Source: Aminipila terrae
GTDB taxonomy: Bacteria > Bacillota > Clostridia > Peptostreptococcales > Anaerovoracaceae
Assembly: GCF_010120715.1 (NCBI RefSeq)
Contig: NZ_CP047591.1
Location: 2,586,303 to 2,650,302, forward strand
DNA length: 64,000 bases
Direction: 5' to 3'
A program made the translations under genes and the position numbers. This document shows positions 1 through 11,556 of the stretch, in pieces (within the stretch, counting starts at the first letter, position 1; each line of letters opens with the position of its first letter). The notes under the pieces are model-generated. The model made no database searches and was not told where the DNA came from. It saw nothing but the letters and a program-made list of their open reading frames with translations.

Positions 1-30
1 TATGAGTTATATGCACACATATATCTGATT

Positions 31-507
31 ATGAGCACGTATTTAGAATATATAGCTACTGAGTGCTTAGAAAATAGCTTACTAACCGGAATTGATTTTC
101 TTGAGTGGAAACAAGATTTTTATGATATTTTAAGAGCAAGGATGTATAAACCTATTAACGAAAATATTCTTATAATAAATAAGTTCCTTAAACAAATTCA
201 TGACAAATTATCGATAATTTTAACGGTTGATGAAATTACGGAAGACAAAAAAGATAGTATAGATATGTTTATTTGCAAAAGATTTGGACGAGAAAAAATT
301 GGTATTGTTAGGACAAAAAGAACTGAAGAAAAAGTTGATTTTTTAAGAAGTATTCAAACTGGGGATATAAAAGATTTATTCGAGCTAGACAGATCTAATA
401 ATAAAGTTATATATAAAAGATATATAGGTGATGTTATTGATACTCCAGCATTTTTTTTAGATATTGAAAAACTAGATCAGTATATAAAATCTTTAGAAAT
501 AGAATAA
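31..507 (+). CDS. hypothetical protein (158 aa)
   Basis: Intact ORF whose stop lies inside a 20-bp palindrome shared with the convergent integrase gene. No recognisable motif. Confidence 0.4.
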   Translation: MSTYLEYIATECLENSLLTGIDFLEWKQDFYDILRARMYKPINENILIINKFLKQIHDKLSIILTVDEITEDKKDSIDMFICKRFGREKIGIVRTKRTEEKVDFLRSIQTGDIKDLFELDRSNNKVIYKRYIGDVIDTPAFFLDIEKLDQYIKSLEIE

Positions 508-521
508 GCCTAGGCTTATTC
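502..521. terminator. 20-bp perfect palindrome gaataagcctaggcttattc between convergent genes; bidirectional terminator-like hairpin (or a recombination site)
   Basis: Perfect inverted repeat read directly from the sequence. It overlaps the stop of ORF 31-507 and lies 5 bp from the stop of the integrase gene. Confidence 0.35.
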
Positions 522-525
522 TATT

Positions 526-1674
526 TCATATAATCAGACTATTCCCAAGTTCATCAATCATATTTTGCTTATTTTTCGGGTCAACGTGAGCATAGATATT
601 AGCGGTGGTTTGGAAGTTGGAATGACCTAGCCACTCTTGCACATCTTTCATGCTGTAACCTAGACTGAGAAGAAGAGAAGCACAGCTATGACGTAAATCA
701 TGGAAACGGATAGGCTTTAAATCATGTTTCAAAATGATTTTATGGAAAGCACGGCTGATATAATCAGGCTTAAGCAGTTCACCTCTAGAATCTATGCAAA
801 TATAGTCATCTAAATTTTTATTAGGTCGAATAAATGTAACTTTACTATACGTCAATTGCCGCAATCGTAAATCACCTAAATAGTTGCATATTGTATCATT
901 AAGAGGAAGGGTTCTGTAACTGGAATCCGTCTTTAAATCATCTGAACATTGAATTGTGCATTTACCATCCACATAAGCTCGAACAACTTTATGCTGGATG
1001 GTAATTGTTTTATTTGAAAAATCAATGGCACCCCATTTTAAACCTAATATTTCTGATCGCCTTAATCCAAAGTAGCAAGCTAAAAAGACAGGTAACTCAA
1101 TAGAAGTATTTTTTGTAAATGAAAGTAGAGTATTAATCTCTTCCTGGTTATAAAATTGAGCAAGGTATTTTTTCCGTTTGGGTTTCTCAACTAAATCAGC
1201 AACATTTTCTTTGATAAGTTTCTGTTTTACAGCATATTGCAATACACTTCGTATTATTGCAAGGTGTTTTATTACAGTATTCGGGTTTAATCCTTCATCC
1301 AATTTGTCGTTAATATATTTGGATAAATGAATTGGCGTAACTTCCTGTAAATAAATATTCTTTGTTTTGAAGTATGGTATAAGATGCCTTCTCAGCATGT
1401 GAGTATATCCGTCAAAAGTTGTAACTTGAAGATTTGATTTATTCACCTCTAACCAAAATTTTATATAATCAGAAAATAGTACTTTAGATTTTGAAATATA
1501 GGTATCATCTTGATTTTCTGCAAGTAAATCAGTTAGCATCTTTTCGGCTTTTCTACGATTACCCCTTATTGCTAAACCTGTCTTAATCCACTTTTGTCTT
1601 CTTTTGTTATTTTCGTCTTTGTAATTCACTACGATATATAACATACCGTTTTTTTCTTGTACACTCCCTGTCAT
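526..1674 (-). CDS. int: site-specific tyrosine recombinase/integrase (Tn916/phage type)
   Basis: 382 aa. N-terminal arm-binding-like domain (MLYIVVNYKDENNKRRQKWIKTG). C-terminal catalytic region HDLRHSCASLLL...LGHSNFQTTANIYAHV with the R..H..R..Y signature. Confidence 0.85.
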   Translation of the reverse strand: MTGSVQEKNGMLYIVVNYKDENNKRRQKWIKTGLAIRGNRRKAEKMLTDLLAENQDDTYISKSKVLFSDYIKFWLEVNKSNLQVTTFDGYTHMLRRHLIPYFKTKNIYLQEVTPIHLSKYINDKLDEGLNPNTVIKHLAIIRSVLQYAVKQKLIKENVADLVEKPKRKKYLAQFYNQEEINTLLSFTKNTSIELPVFLACYFGLRRSEILGLKWGAIDFSNKTITIQHKVVRAYVDGKCTIQCSDDLKTDSSYRTLPLNDTICNYLGDLRLRQLTYSKVTFIRPNKNLDDYICIDSRGELLKPDYISRAFHKIILKHDLKPIRFHDLRHSCASLLLSLGYSMKDVQEWLGHSNFQTTANIYAHVDPKNKQNMIDELGNSLII

Positions 1675-1711
1675 GGTATCAGTCCTTTCTTAGTATTTGA
1701 TTTATTCCAAT

Positions 1712-1746
1712 AGAAAAAGGCACTTCAAATGAAATGCCTTTAACTA
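1712..1746 (-). terminator. hairpin aaaggca(n)tgccttt followed by a T-run on the minus strand, downstream of gene 1768-2304
   Basis: Stem-loop plus T-tract seen in the reverse complement. Confidence 0.4.
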
Positions 1747-1767
1747 ATTAACTATTGATATGCTGTT

Positions 1768-2304
1768 TTAAGAAGAGTGGTTTTTAAAAGAGGTTTCAAA
1801 TACCTGTATAAAATTATCAATATCCTTTTTTGAAACATTTGCTTTTTTGTGGCTTGAGATTAACTCATGTTGTTTGCAGTAACAAAAATGTGACACAGCT
1901 TGTCCATAAGCATAGGTCAGTGAACCTGCCACAGCAGCGTTTATTATTCCACCACCAATAGTACCAATAAATGGAAGTAATTTTAACAATTGATCTGTAG
2001 CATATAAAGAGGCTTTTTTAGCCATAGAGGAGGTAAATGTACCAATGCCTACATTACCTATTAAAACAGCAACTAATTCACTTAGATCCGACATATTGTA
2101 GATATTTAGGATTCTTTCAATTAAAGCCGTTTGGTTTGCTAAAAGTATAGGTGCATCAGAAAATGGAATGGGTGTAAATCCTATAATAAAACTTCCAGTG
2201 ACATGTAAATTAATAACCTTATCAACTTTGAGTTTTTGGTTTTCTAGAGTTATAAGTTTTTGTTCTATAGATAAATCTAATTCAAGATTTTTATTTATCG
2301 GCAT
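1768..2304 (-). CDS. hypothetical protein (178 aa) between xis and int
   Basis: Intact ORF. Gly/Ala-rich central segment (GTIGGGIINAAVAGSLTYAYGQAV). No confident family assignment. Confidence 0.4.
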   Translation of the reverse strand: MPINKNLELDLSIEQKLITLENQKLKVDKVINLHVTGSFIIGFTPIPFSDAPILLANQTALIERILNIYNMSDLSELVAVLIGNVGIGTFTSSMAKKASLYATDQLLKLLPFIGTIGGGIINAAVAGSLTYAYGQAVSHFCYCKQHELISSHKKANVSKKDIDNFIQVFETSFKNHSS

Positions 2305-2326
2305 CAGTACCTCCTAGTATTGTATA

Positions 2327-2515
2327 TTAAGTATTTTTCATGTTGGTTTTTCTAGAGTTCAAATATTCATGGATAGATTCCTTTGAGATTCTCCATTGAT
2401 GACCTATCCGATAAGCTGTAATAAGTTTCTTATTAATTAAGTTATAGGCCGTATTTTTCCCTATTTGCAGGAATTCACATAACTCATCTACTGTTATTAG
2501 TTCTTTTGTGTTCAT
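2327..2515 (-). CDS. xis: excisionase / helix-turn-helix DNA-binding protein (Xis-like)
   Basis: 62 aa with an HTH (ELCEFLQIGKNTAYNLINKKLITAYRIGHQWRI) typical of Tn916 Xis/MerR-like excisionases. It sits beside int. Confidence 0.65.
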   Translation of the reverse strand: MNTKELITVDELCEFLQIGKNTAYNLINKKLITAYRIGHQWRISKESIHEYLNSRKTNMKNT

Positions 2516-2778
2516 TTTTCTTCACTCCTTATGGTTAGATTTTATTTAAAAATATGTTAATAACATTAAATTAAATTTATAGCAGCAAGAATTATTTTAT
2601 ATCTTGTCTTTAACCTTTTAATAAAGTTAATAGTTTTGAGGTTAATGTAAATTGAATTAAGGATACATATATATCATTAAAATGGATCACTATCTTTATC
2701 AAAAATAGTAATGAATCTATATAGAAAGGTATCTTTAGAATAAGGTTTATAGAACCAGTAAAGAAAGGAGTGCTTATT

Positions 2779-3900
2779 ATGATGCACACAGTAGAAACAA
2801 CTTACGAATTATCAAGAGAGCAATTTGAAAAAACAAAGGATAGACTTTATGAATTTAGCACAGAAAATAAATTACGTTGTATTTCGGATGAGAAAAATCT
2901 TACATATACAAAATTTTATGAAAGGGTAGATGAAATGACACATAAAAACACCTGGGGCTTAAAATTAAAGAATGGGATGCAGATCGTTTTGGGGGAAAAT
3001 ATGTTTAAGGTAAATGGGAAGATTAGTAAAACATTTGAGTTGAATTACATAATAAATTTAGCAAAAGTAATAGGAGGAAATTATACGAATTTATATAACT
3101 CCTATACGCATGATTATGAAAAGGTTATACAGGAAATAAATAAAACATTGGAATTAGTGTCCCCAGAGTTCCCCAATATAAATAGTGTAAAAATTAGAAG
3201 AGTAGACTTTAGCTGTAATATAAAACTAAGAAAGAATCAGTTAGCAAGTTACTTGAAGATTGCCAAAAGTGGTAAATTTGCTTCTAGAATTGAAGCTACA
3301 GCAAAAGATGAAAACGAGAAAAGATATAAGCCTAAAAATAGTGTGAAAATCAGAAATCGTAAAGATGGAAGCATTAAAGTATATCTATACGATAAACGCA
3401 GCCAAATGGAAAAGAATTCTTTAGGAGATTTCAAAAATGATACCAATGCTGAAGAAATTTTACGGGTCGAAGTACAGATTAGTAATCCTAAGATTGAAAA
3501 CTTATTGAGCAAATATAAAATAGGAAATTTAGAAGAACTACTAAAAACATCTAATAGAATGGCTCTTGTAGTTTTTGAAAAATATCTTTACAAAAACTTT
3601 TGCGCTGGAAGATATTATAAATATAATGATGCTATGGAAGTTATCCAAAGAAGCCATTTCAATAAGTCGATAAAGGTAAGAATGATCAGATTTCTTGAGT
3701 GTGTTAAAAAGGGAAAGAGCATCGAAATTGGCATAGAAAAATTCAAAAGCGATGGCAACACATCACAAGATGTAAGAAGAATCAGAGAGAAATTGAAAGA
3801 TTTAAATATAAATCCATATACACTGGGGAAACGAGAAAATGTTGAGAAATTGGATAATTTGTATAGTTGCATTTTATATGCAATGACAGAAAATTTTTGA
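2779..3900 (+). CDS. Rep_trans-family replication initiator / MobT-like relaxase
   Basis: RBS aaaggag 8 nt upstream of ATG 2779. Motifs RVDFSCNIKL and VYLYDKRSQ resemble the conserved R-x-D and YDK active-site motifs of Rep_trans (rolling-circle) proteins. Divergent from the int-xis pair. Confidence 0.55.
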   Translation: MMHTVETTYELSREQFEKTKDRLYEFSTENKLRCISDEKNLTYTKFYERVDEMTHKNTWGLKLKNGMQIVLGENMFKVNGKISKTFELNYIINLAKVIGGNYTNLYNSYTHDYEKVIQEINKTLELVSPEFPNINSVKIRRVDFSCNIKLRKNQLASYLKIAKSGKFASRIEATAKDENEKRYKPKNSVKIRNRKDGSIKVYLYDKRSQMEKNSLGDFKNDTNAEEILRVEVQISNPKIENLLSKYKIGNLEELLKTSNRMALVVFEKYLYKNFCAGRYYKYNDAMEVIQRSHFNKSIKVRMIRFLECVKKGKSIEIGIEKFKSDGNTSQDVRRIREKLKDLNINPYTLGKRENVEKLDNLYSCILYAMTENF

Positions 3901-4036
3901 TAGCATGGTTATAAGAATAGGATGGAGTAATTAATGAGAGCGATATACAAGAACACATATATGATTGCATGTTACTAACTTGCCATATAGATTTATAATA
4001 TATCAATCATTTTTAGGAGATTTCAATGTAAAAGTA

Positions 4037-4078
4037 GTTACCTTCTTATTTTCTAAAAAGAAGGTAACGAGCTTTTTA
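4037..4078 (+). terminator. rho-independent terminator (gttaccttctt...aagaaggtaac plus T-run)
   Basis: 11-bp perfect stem followed by gagcttttt. Confidence 0.6.
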
Positions 4079-4488
4079 ACTTTATAGCAAAGAAATTTGG
4101 GATCTTTCAAGTGCGATATTTTCGACTTACCAATTAATGGGGGATTAGCTTTAAGTAAGAAGAGAGTTTCTGCATGTAAATTTAGCTTTTTATCGCTGAA
4201 AATGAAAGAATATCTCATTTTATTATGGTATAATAAAAGTTAGAATTTTTGTTCATGAGAAATCAATTGGGATAGTTAGAATGCTACAAAACTAACTACA
4301 GATAAGATTATGCAAATTGATGATTGGAGACAGAAGGACAAAACTCAATAAATAATAGCAGCAACTTTATAAAATGATTTGAAATAAAATAATTCAATTT
4401 AAACAATAATGAAGATATGCGTAGAAGTTGGTATTGATATTGGATATATTATTGGACTTAACAGATAAGGAGCTTGGAGGAGTAAATA

Positions 4489-7068
4489 GTGATTACATCA
4501 GAAGAAATTAAACGCAGATTATGGGATGGAGCAAACGAGCTACGTGGTTCTATGGATGCAAGCCGATACAAGGACTATATGCTAGGCTTAATGTTCTATA
4601 AATTTTTAAGTGATAAAACTTTAGAAATATTCAAAGCAAGCGCAGTTAAGGGACCAGTAACAGAAGCTCAACTAGTGGAGGAGTATACTAAATCAAGAGA
4701 AGAATATGGCGAAGATTTAGACTTAATGATTCAAAAGGTGCTTGGCTACTATGTAAAACCAGAATATCTTTATCATACATGGCTGAAAGATATAAACTCA
4801 GGTAATTTTGAAGTTCAGAGAGTAACAGATAGCTTGAATTATTTTGAACGAACCCTTGCTGTATCTGGTGATTCAAATGATTTTAAAGGGTTATTTTCAA
4901 GTTCTACGCTTGACTTAACCGACACCGCATTAGGGAGCAATCTAAATGAGCGTAGCAAGAATATAAGGGCGTTAATTTTGTTATTCGCAGATTTGAATAT
5001 GGTGGCTTTACAAAAGGGTGATGTTCTTGGTGATGCCTACGAATATCTAATCGGACAATTCGCGATGGAATCTGGCAAAAAGGCAGGAGAGTTCTATACG
5101 CCTAGACAAGTCAGTGAGGTTATGGCACAAATCGTTGCCAAAACATCAAATATTGAATCTATATACGACCCTACAGTTGGATCCGGTTCTCTACTTCTTA
5201 CGGTTAAAAAACATTTGAGTCAAGAGGTTCAAAAGAGTCTAAGTTATTATGGGCAGGAAAAAAATACGGCGACATATAACTTAACGCGTATGAACTTGCT
5301 ACTTCATGGCGTTCGACCTGAAAAAATGACCATTAAAAATGGAGATACGCTATCACATGATTGGCCCGAAGATCCAGACCGCCCAAATGAAGGTGTATTG
5401 TTCGATGCGGTGGTAATGAACCCGCCTTACTCTGCGAAGAATTGGAATAAAGCAGGCTTGAAAGGCAGCGAACCAAGGTTCGAAATTGTAGATGGCATAC
5501 TCCCTCCAGATTCAAAGGGCGATTTTGCATTTTTATTGCATGGATTATATCACTTAGGACAAAACGGGACAATGGCTATTGTATTACCTCACGGTGTTCT
5601 GTTTCGTGGTTCGTCTGAGAGTGAAATCCGCAAGAGATTGTTGGAGAAAAATCGCATTGATGCCATTATCGGCTTACCTAGTAACCTATTTACTAATACA
5701 GGTATCCCGGTATGTATTCTCATTCTGAAAAAAAACAGAGAAGTTGGGGAGCCTGTTCTTGTGATTGATGCATCAAAGAATTTTATCAAGAACGGAAAGC
5801 AAAATATACTACAAGAAAAAGATATTGCTAAAATTGTCGATGCTTATATTAACCGTGCTGAGATAAAGGGATATAGCCATTTGGCTACTCGAGAAGAGAT
5901 CATCGAAAACGATTTTAACATGAATATCCCAAGATATGTTGAAGTGGTTGATAGTGAAATTGCACATGATGTAGATGGGCATTTATATGGCGGTATTCCG
6001 CAGAAAAATATTGATGATTTAATAGTTCTACAAAAAACAGTAAAAGATATTATAGATAGTTGCCTAGCGCCAATTAGAGATGGATACTTTGTACTAATAA
6101 AACCTATAAGTGAACTGACAGCTACGGTATTGAGCGATAGTCGTGTCATTCAAAAGTCACAGGAAATAAAGGCAAAAACAGAAGACTTCATTGCGACATA
6201 CTGGGAAGCCTTACGTAAAATTGATGATGTATTAGAAATAAATCCGTTGATGGAAGAAATGTTATCTCACATCAAGGAGCTTTTATCAGGTGTTGAATTC
6301 ATTGATGTCTATGATGGATATCAGATAGTGGCTGAAATTTGGAAGAATGCTTTAACTCATGATACCGAGTTGATTGCAGGAAGTGATTTCTATACAGCGG
6401 GTCGTACTCGTGAACCGAACATGGTAACAAAGGGCACGGGAAGTAACAAACGTGAAGAGCAAGATGGTTGGATTGGAGCAATTGTTCCTAATGATTTGAT
6501 AGCTAAGAGGTTATATAGCAAGGAGCTTCAGGCAATAGAAGACAAAAAAACTCATGTAAGTGAAATTGAATCAGAGCTTACCGAATTAGTTGAAGCTGCT
6601 AAAGTTGAAGATAGTGACGAAAATGACGCTTTATATGATGCTCTAAAGAAAAATGAAGACGACGAACCCCAAGATTCATTTGAAAATAAATTGGTTAAAG
6701 CAGAGCTCAAAAAGGCAATAAAGAAAACCACAAAGTATGATTTACTTAAGAAAGTTGATAATTTAATAGAGGAAAAGTCTGATTTAGGCAAAAAAATCAA
6801 ATACGAAGAGAAAAAACTCAAAGAGGCTATTTATGAAAGAATCCTTGTACTGACTGATGAAGAAATCGATAAACTTATATTTGAAAAATGGTTTGGTACT
6901 ACGGTTGCTGATTTAGTCAAATTGGTTGAAATACCGCTAAAAGAGGAAATTGCTACTTTGGAAATGCTAAACAATCGTTATGCGAATAAACTATCTGATA
7001 TTGATGATGAGATTAATAAGCTAGAAAGTGATTTGGAACTCTTGATGAGTGAATTGGTGGTGCTGTAG
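4489..7068 (+). CDS. hsdM: Type I restriction-modification system, DNA methyltransferase subunit M (long form, 859 aa)
   Basis: N6-adenine MTase motifs (AdoMet region DPTVGSGSLL; catalytic VVMNPPYS). C-terminal ~340 aa is a charged coiled-coil-like extension. GTG start after the RBS ggaggag. Confidence 0.9.
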   Translation: MITSEEIKRRLWDGANELRGSMDASRYKDYMLGLMFYKFLSDKTLEIFKASAVKGPVTEAQLVEEYTKSREEYGEDLDLMIQKVLGYYVKPEYLYHTWLKDINSGNFEVQRVTDSLNYFERTLAVSGDSNDFKGLFSSSTLDLTDTALGSNLNERSKNIRALILLFADLNMVALQKGDVLGDAYEYLIGQFAMESGKKAGEFYTPRQVSEVMAQIVAKTSNIESIYDPTVGSGSLLLTVKKHLSQEVQKSLSYYGQEKNTATYNLTRMNLLLHGVRPEKMTIKNGDTLSHDWPEDPDRPNEGVLFDAVVMNPPYSAKNWNKAGLKGSEPRFEIVDGILPPDSKGDFAFLLHGLYHLGQNGTMAIVLPHGVLFRGSSESEIRKRLLEKNRIDAIIGLPSNLFTNTGIPVCILILKKNREVGEPVLVIDASKNFIKNGKQNILQEKDIAKIVDAYINRAEIKGYSHLATREEIIENDFNMNIPRYVEVVDSEIAHDVDGHLYGGIPQKNIDDLIVLQKTVKDIIDSCLAPIRDGYFVLIKPISELTATVLSDSRVIQKSQEIKAKTEDFIATYWEALRKIDDVLEINPLMEEMLSHIKELLSGVEFIDVYDGYQIVAEIWKNALTHDTELIAGSDFYTAGRTREPNMVTKGTGSNKREEQDGWIGAIVPNDLIAKRLYSKELQAIEDKKTHVSEIESELTELVEAAKVEDSDENDALYDALKKNEDDEPQDSFENKLVKAELKKAIKKTTKYDLLKKVDNLIEEKSDLGKKIKYEEKKLKEAIYERILVLTDEEIDKLIFEKWFGTTVADLVKLVEIPLKEEIATLEMLNNRYANKLSDIDDEINKLESDLELLMSELVVL

Positions 7069-8337
7069 ATGGACGAAAATAAAAAATTAGTACCCAGAAG
7101 ACGTTTCAAGGAATTTCAAAATACTAATGATTGGGAACAGCGTAAGTTAGAGGATATATACGATAAGATAAGAAATGCATTCGTTGGTACAGCGACACCA
7201 TATTACATACCTCAAGGTAATTTTTATTTAGAATCAAACAATGTTAAAGATGGTCAGATTAATAGAAATAGTGAAATTTTTATAAATGACGAGTTTTATT
7301 TACGACAAAAGGACAATTGGTTACGAACTGGTGATATGGTTATGGTTCAGTCTGGACATGTTGGACATGCAGCTGTAATTCCGCCTGAACTCAATAACTC
7401 TGCAGCTCATGCGTTAATCATCTTTTCAAATCCAAAAGAAATTGTTGACCCATATTTTCTGAATTATCAGTATCAGACTTCAAACTATAAGAAAGCAATT
7501 GATAATATTACCACAGGTAATACTATTAAGCACATTCTTTCATCTGAAATGAAAAAGTTCACAGTTTTTTTGACCAAAATCGAAGAACAAAATAAAATTA
7601 GTGAGTTTTTTATAGGCCTCGACAACCTTATCACCCTTCATCAGCGTAAGTTAGAAAAGACAAAAGCATTAAAATCTGCATTTTTATCAGAAATGTTCCC
7701 AGCGCAAGGAGAGCTGGTGCCGAAACGCCGATTTGCAGAGTTTACTGGCGATTGGGAACAGCATAAGGTTTCCGAATTAATAAAGGATATTGCTGATGGA
7801 CCATTTGGAAGTAATCTGAAAGTAGTACATTATACAGATGAAAAAGAGGCTCGAATTATACAACTAAGCAACATTGGAGAAGGTGGTTGGCAAGACGAAA
7901 ATGTACGTTATACAACATTTGAACATGCCAAGGAAATTAAGAGATGTATAGTTGAACCGGGTGAACTTGTAATGGCAAAAATGATGCCATCAGGGCTTAC
8001 AATTGAGCGACCAAACACTGATAAAATGTACGTTCTTTCATCAGATGCAGTTAGAATAAAAATTAATGAAATGCTGATTGATACAAAATACTTTGTTTAC
8101 ATGACAAAGTGTGAATATTTTCTTAATCAAATTAATAACGATGCTCAAGGAAGCACACGTACAAGAACAAGTATTAGTAAAATAAGAATGATGGATATTC
8201 CAGTTCCGTCTATACAAGAACAAAAAAGAATCGGCCTGTGCTTTCAACAACTAGACAACCTTATCAACCTTCATCAGCGTAAGTTAGAAAAATTGCAAAA
8301 TATTAAAAAGGCATACTTGAATGAGTTGCTTATATAG
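7069..8337 (+). CDS. hsdS: Type I R-M specificity subunit S
   Basis: 422 aa with two target-recognition halves. Each ends in the conserved repeat LDNLITLHQRKLEK (one at 7612-7656, one at 8251-8295). ATG overlaps the hsdM stop. Confidence 0.85.
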   Translation: MDENKKLVPRRRFKEFQNTNDWEQRKLEDIYDKIRNAFVGTATPYYIPQGNFYLESNNVKDGQINRNSEIFINDEFYLRQKDNWLRTGDMVMVQSGHVGHAAVIPPELNNSAAHALIIFSNPKEIVDPYFLNYQYQTSNYKKAIDNITTGNTIKHILSSEMKKFTVFLTKIEEQNKISEFFIGLDNLITLHQRKLEKTKALKSAFLSEMFPAQGELVPKRRFAEFTGDWEQHKVSELIKDIADGPFGSNLKVVHYTDEKEARIIQLSNIGEGGWQDENVRYTTFEHAKEIKRCIVEPGELVMAKMMPSGLTIERPNTDKMYVLSSDAVRIKINEMLIDTKYFVYMTKCEYFLNQINNDAQGSTRTRTSISKIRMMDIPVPSIQEQKRIGLCFQQLDNLINLHQRKLEKLQNIKKAYLNELLI

Positions 8338-8352
8338 GAAGGAGCTTAAGTC

Positions 8353-11300
8353 ATGAGCAATGCACCAAAGAATGCTTCTGAAAAAGCATTTCAAGAAAAC
8401 TTTGTTAAAGAACTTACTAAGTACAAATGGGAAAGTCCTGATTTTCTTAATGGCAATAAGCAAAAGGTTACAGTAGATGATTTGACTAAGCACTGGCGAA
8501 CAGAACTGAATCGTATGAATTCGGATCAGCTTGAAGGTATCCCTCTGACAGATGGTGAGTTCAATCAAGTTATGGTAAAGGTTAAGCAAATCAGCAACAG
8601 CTATGAAGCCGCTAAAATTCTAGCAATTGAAGAGTCAAAAGGAAAGATTGACGGCATTTATAGAGAGGATAATCCGAAGATAACCAGAAGACAAATTACA
8701 TTGACAATCTTCAAAAAAGCAGAAGTACGAGGCGGAGATTCAAGTTATAGAATAGCTCGTGAAGTTGTAACGCCAAATGATAACCGCTTTGATATTGTCT
8801 TGCTAATTAATGGCTTACCTTTAATTAATATTGAACAAAAACGTACAGACAAATCTCTAGATGAAGCATTTGGACAGTTTGTTAGATATTTCCGTGATGG
8901 GGAGTACACAAATTGTTTCATGGCATTTTCTCAGATGATGGTTATTACGTCTGAAATAGAGACTCGTTATTTTGCTACACCAAAATCGCTAGCTGATTTT
9001 AATACTAGCTTTGTATTTCATTGGTCAGATAAGAAAAATAAACAAATTAACAATTGGAAACAGGTCGTAGAACATTTTCTTATGATTCCTATGGCGCATC
9101 AAATGGTTGGTGATTATCTCGTTATTGATGAAGCAAAGGAAGAAGAAAATAGACGTCATATGCTGATGCGTCCTTATCAAGTATATGCCCTTCAAGCAGT
9201 TGAAGGTGCTGCTTTCGGGTGGGACAATGAGGAGAGGGTTCCGCATGGTGGTTTTATATGGCATACAACCGGTTCAGGTAAAACCATTACAAGTTTTAAG
9301 ACCGCACTCTTTTTATCAACACGGGCAGGGTTCGATAAAGTGGTTTTTTTAGTAGACAGACGTGAGCTTGATACCAAAACGAGTGACAATTTTAAAGCCT
9401 ATGCTGAATATGAGCCTGTTTCGGTAGATGAGACGAAGCATACATATAATCTAAAAAAACAATTAAAGTCACCTAAAAACGGTATTATCGTAACGACCAC
9501 GTTTAAGTTGAATGGTCTTGTAAAAGAGATGGAAGAGGCTCATGATAATAGTTTGGCAGATAAAAAAATGGTGTTTATTATTGATGAAGCCCATCGGACC
9601 ACTATGGGCCAAATGATGGGAACAATAAAAAACTATTTTAAGAAAAATGGCCTATTCTTTGGATTTACGGGAACACCACTTTTTGATGAAAATAAGGTCA
9701 AAGGAAAAGTAAATGAGAAGAGTGAGGTCATTAACACAACTGAAAAACTCTTTGGACCGAGCTTACATGACTATACAATTGATCAAGCTATTTCTGATGG
9801 TAATGTTTTAGGTTTTAACGTGGACTATATCAACACGGGAGAGTTTAAAAATTACGAAGATTTACGTGATCAACTTATAGAGAAAATTCAAGAAGAAGAG
9901 CCGGATGAGACAAGGAGAGATATTGAACGTTTGGTGCAAAGCTGGTCCGAAGCAGAGGTGGAATCCCAAGCGAAGAAACGAAATATCCTTAAATACCAAG
10001 ATGAAACGCATATTCCTAGAGTTGCAGAAGAAATCCTTGCTAATTGGGGGAAGCAATCACAAAACCGCGAGTTCAATGCAATCTTAACAGTTGCTTATAA
10101 AAATCGTGTAATTGCATATTATAATGAGTTTAAGAAACAACTGAAAGAACGTGATGCGAAGTTAAATATAGCGATGACGTTTAGTTTTGGAAATGAGAAT
10201 GACCCGGATAACATAGATCCTGAAATCATAAAAGGGATGTTTAAGGACTATTCTGATTTTACAGGAATTGAATTTATCGTAGGGGATAAAAGGCACGGTG
10301 AAGATGCTTATTTTGAGGATGTTGTAGAACGAGCGACTCGTGGTGGAAGTGGAAGAAATGAAAAAAATATAGACTTAGTAATTGTTGCTGACCAACTTTT
10401 GACGGGATATGATTCGAAGCGACTTAACACGTTGTATGTTGACCGAAATTTGGAACTGCAAGGGCTAATTCAAGCCTATTCCCGTACAAATCGAGTGTTT
10501 GGTAAAACTAAGGAATTCGGGAGTATTGTTAATTTTCAATATCCAAAAATGACAGAGAAAATCGTGAACAAAGCGTTGGAACTTTACGGTAGTGGTGGAA
10601 AGAGTAGTCCTGCAATTGTTGACCTCTACTCAACAGCAGTTAAGAAGTTCAAAATTAAGATTGGAGAGATGATTCTAACACTGCCAGACCCCACAGAATG
10701 GGCAACTCTTAAAAATGATGAAAGGAAAAAACAAAATTTTATTCTTACCTTTAAAGAGTCTGCCGATCAATTGAATCTAGTGATGCAATATTATGAGTTT
10801 CACTGGGACGATAGTACTTTTGGCATAACAGAGCACATTTGGATGCAGTATATTGGTGCATATAAGAATCTGACGCATAAACCTGGCACTTCAACACCAT
10901 CACAGGTTATCGTTAGGCCGCTTGTAGGTAAAACAAAATTGGCAGGGACTCAAGTGATAGATGCTGCTCATATTTTAAGCTTGATTGGCTCCAAGGTTGG
11001 AAATGTGGACGGTATTCAAACTGTTGATGATGAAACTTTGAGGATTATTCATGAGCAAATACAGGAACTTAGTAATATGGGTGAAGATGAGCAAGCGTTG
11101 CTTTTAAAAGAGTTTGTTAATACAGAGTTGGTTCCGGGGAATTTATCTAGTAATTTGAACTTTGATGAAGCCTTTGAAGCATGGAAAAAATCAGACAAAA
11201 GAAGAGTGTTGAGATTTTTGCTGAAAAGTGGGGAGTAGATGCCGAGTTGCTTAGTAAATCTTTATCTTCCTATTCTGATTCTCAGCCAGATTTTGTTCCG

Positions 11301-11438
11301 TATATTGATGAACTCATGAAAACTGCTGACTTTGATAAAGCCACAAATCAATCTGCGGGAAATAGGTTAGGACACATAATCAGATTGACTAAGGAACTTC
11401 CTATATGGATAGCACGAACTAAGCAGAAATATAGCTAA
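8353..11438 (+). CDS. hsdR: Type I R-M restriction endonuclease subunit R. Interrupted by a -1 frameshift in an A6 run at 11185-11190, probably a sequencing error.
   Basis: SF2 helicase motifs HTTGSGKT and FIIDEAHR. ORF 11181-11438 continues the C-terminus in the -1 frame. Adding one A gives a ~1029 aa protein, a typical HsdR length. Confidence 0.85.
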
Positions 11439-11556
11439 TACTGTCAAATGCCATGTGACTGTATTTTGTGAGGTTAAAAATGTATAGTTACATATTTTGC
11501 TTATATATTATATCTCTAATAAAGAACAATTAAATCTTGAAAGGAGATATTTTATT

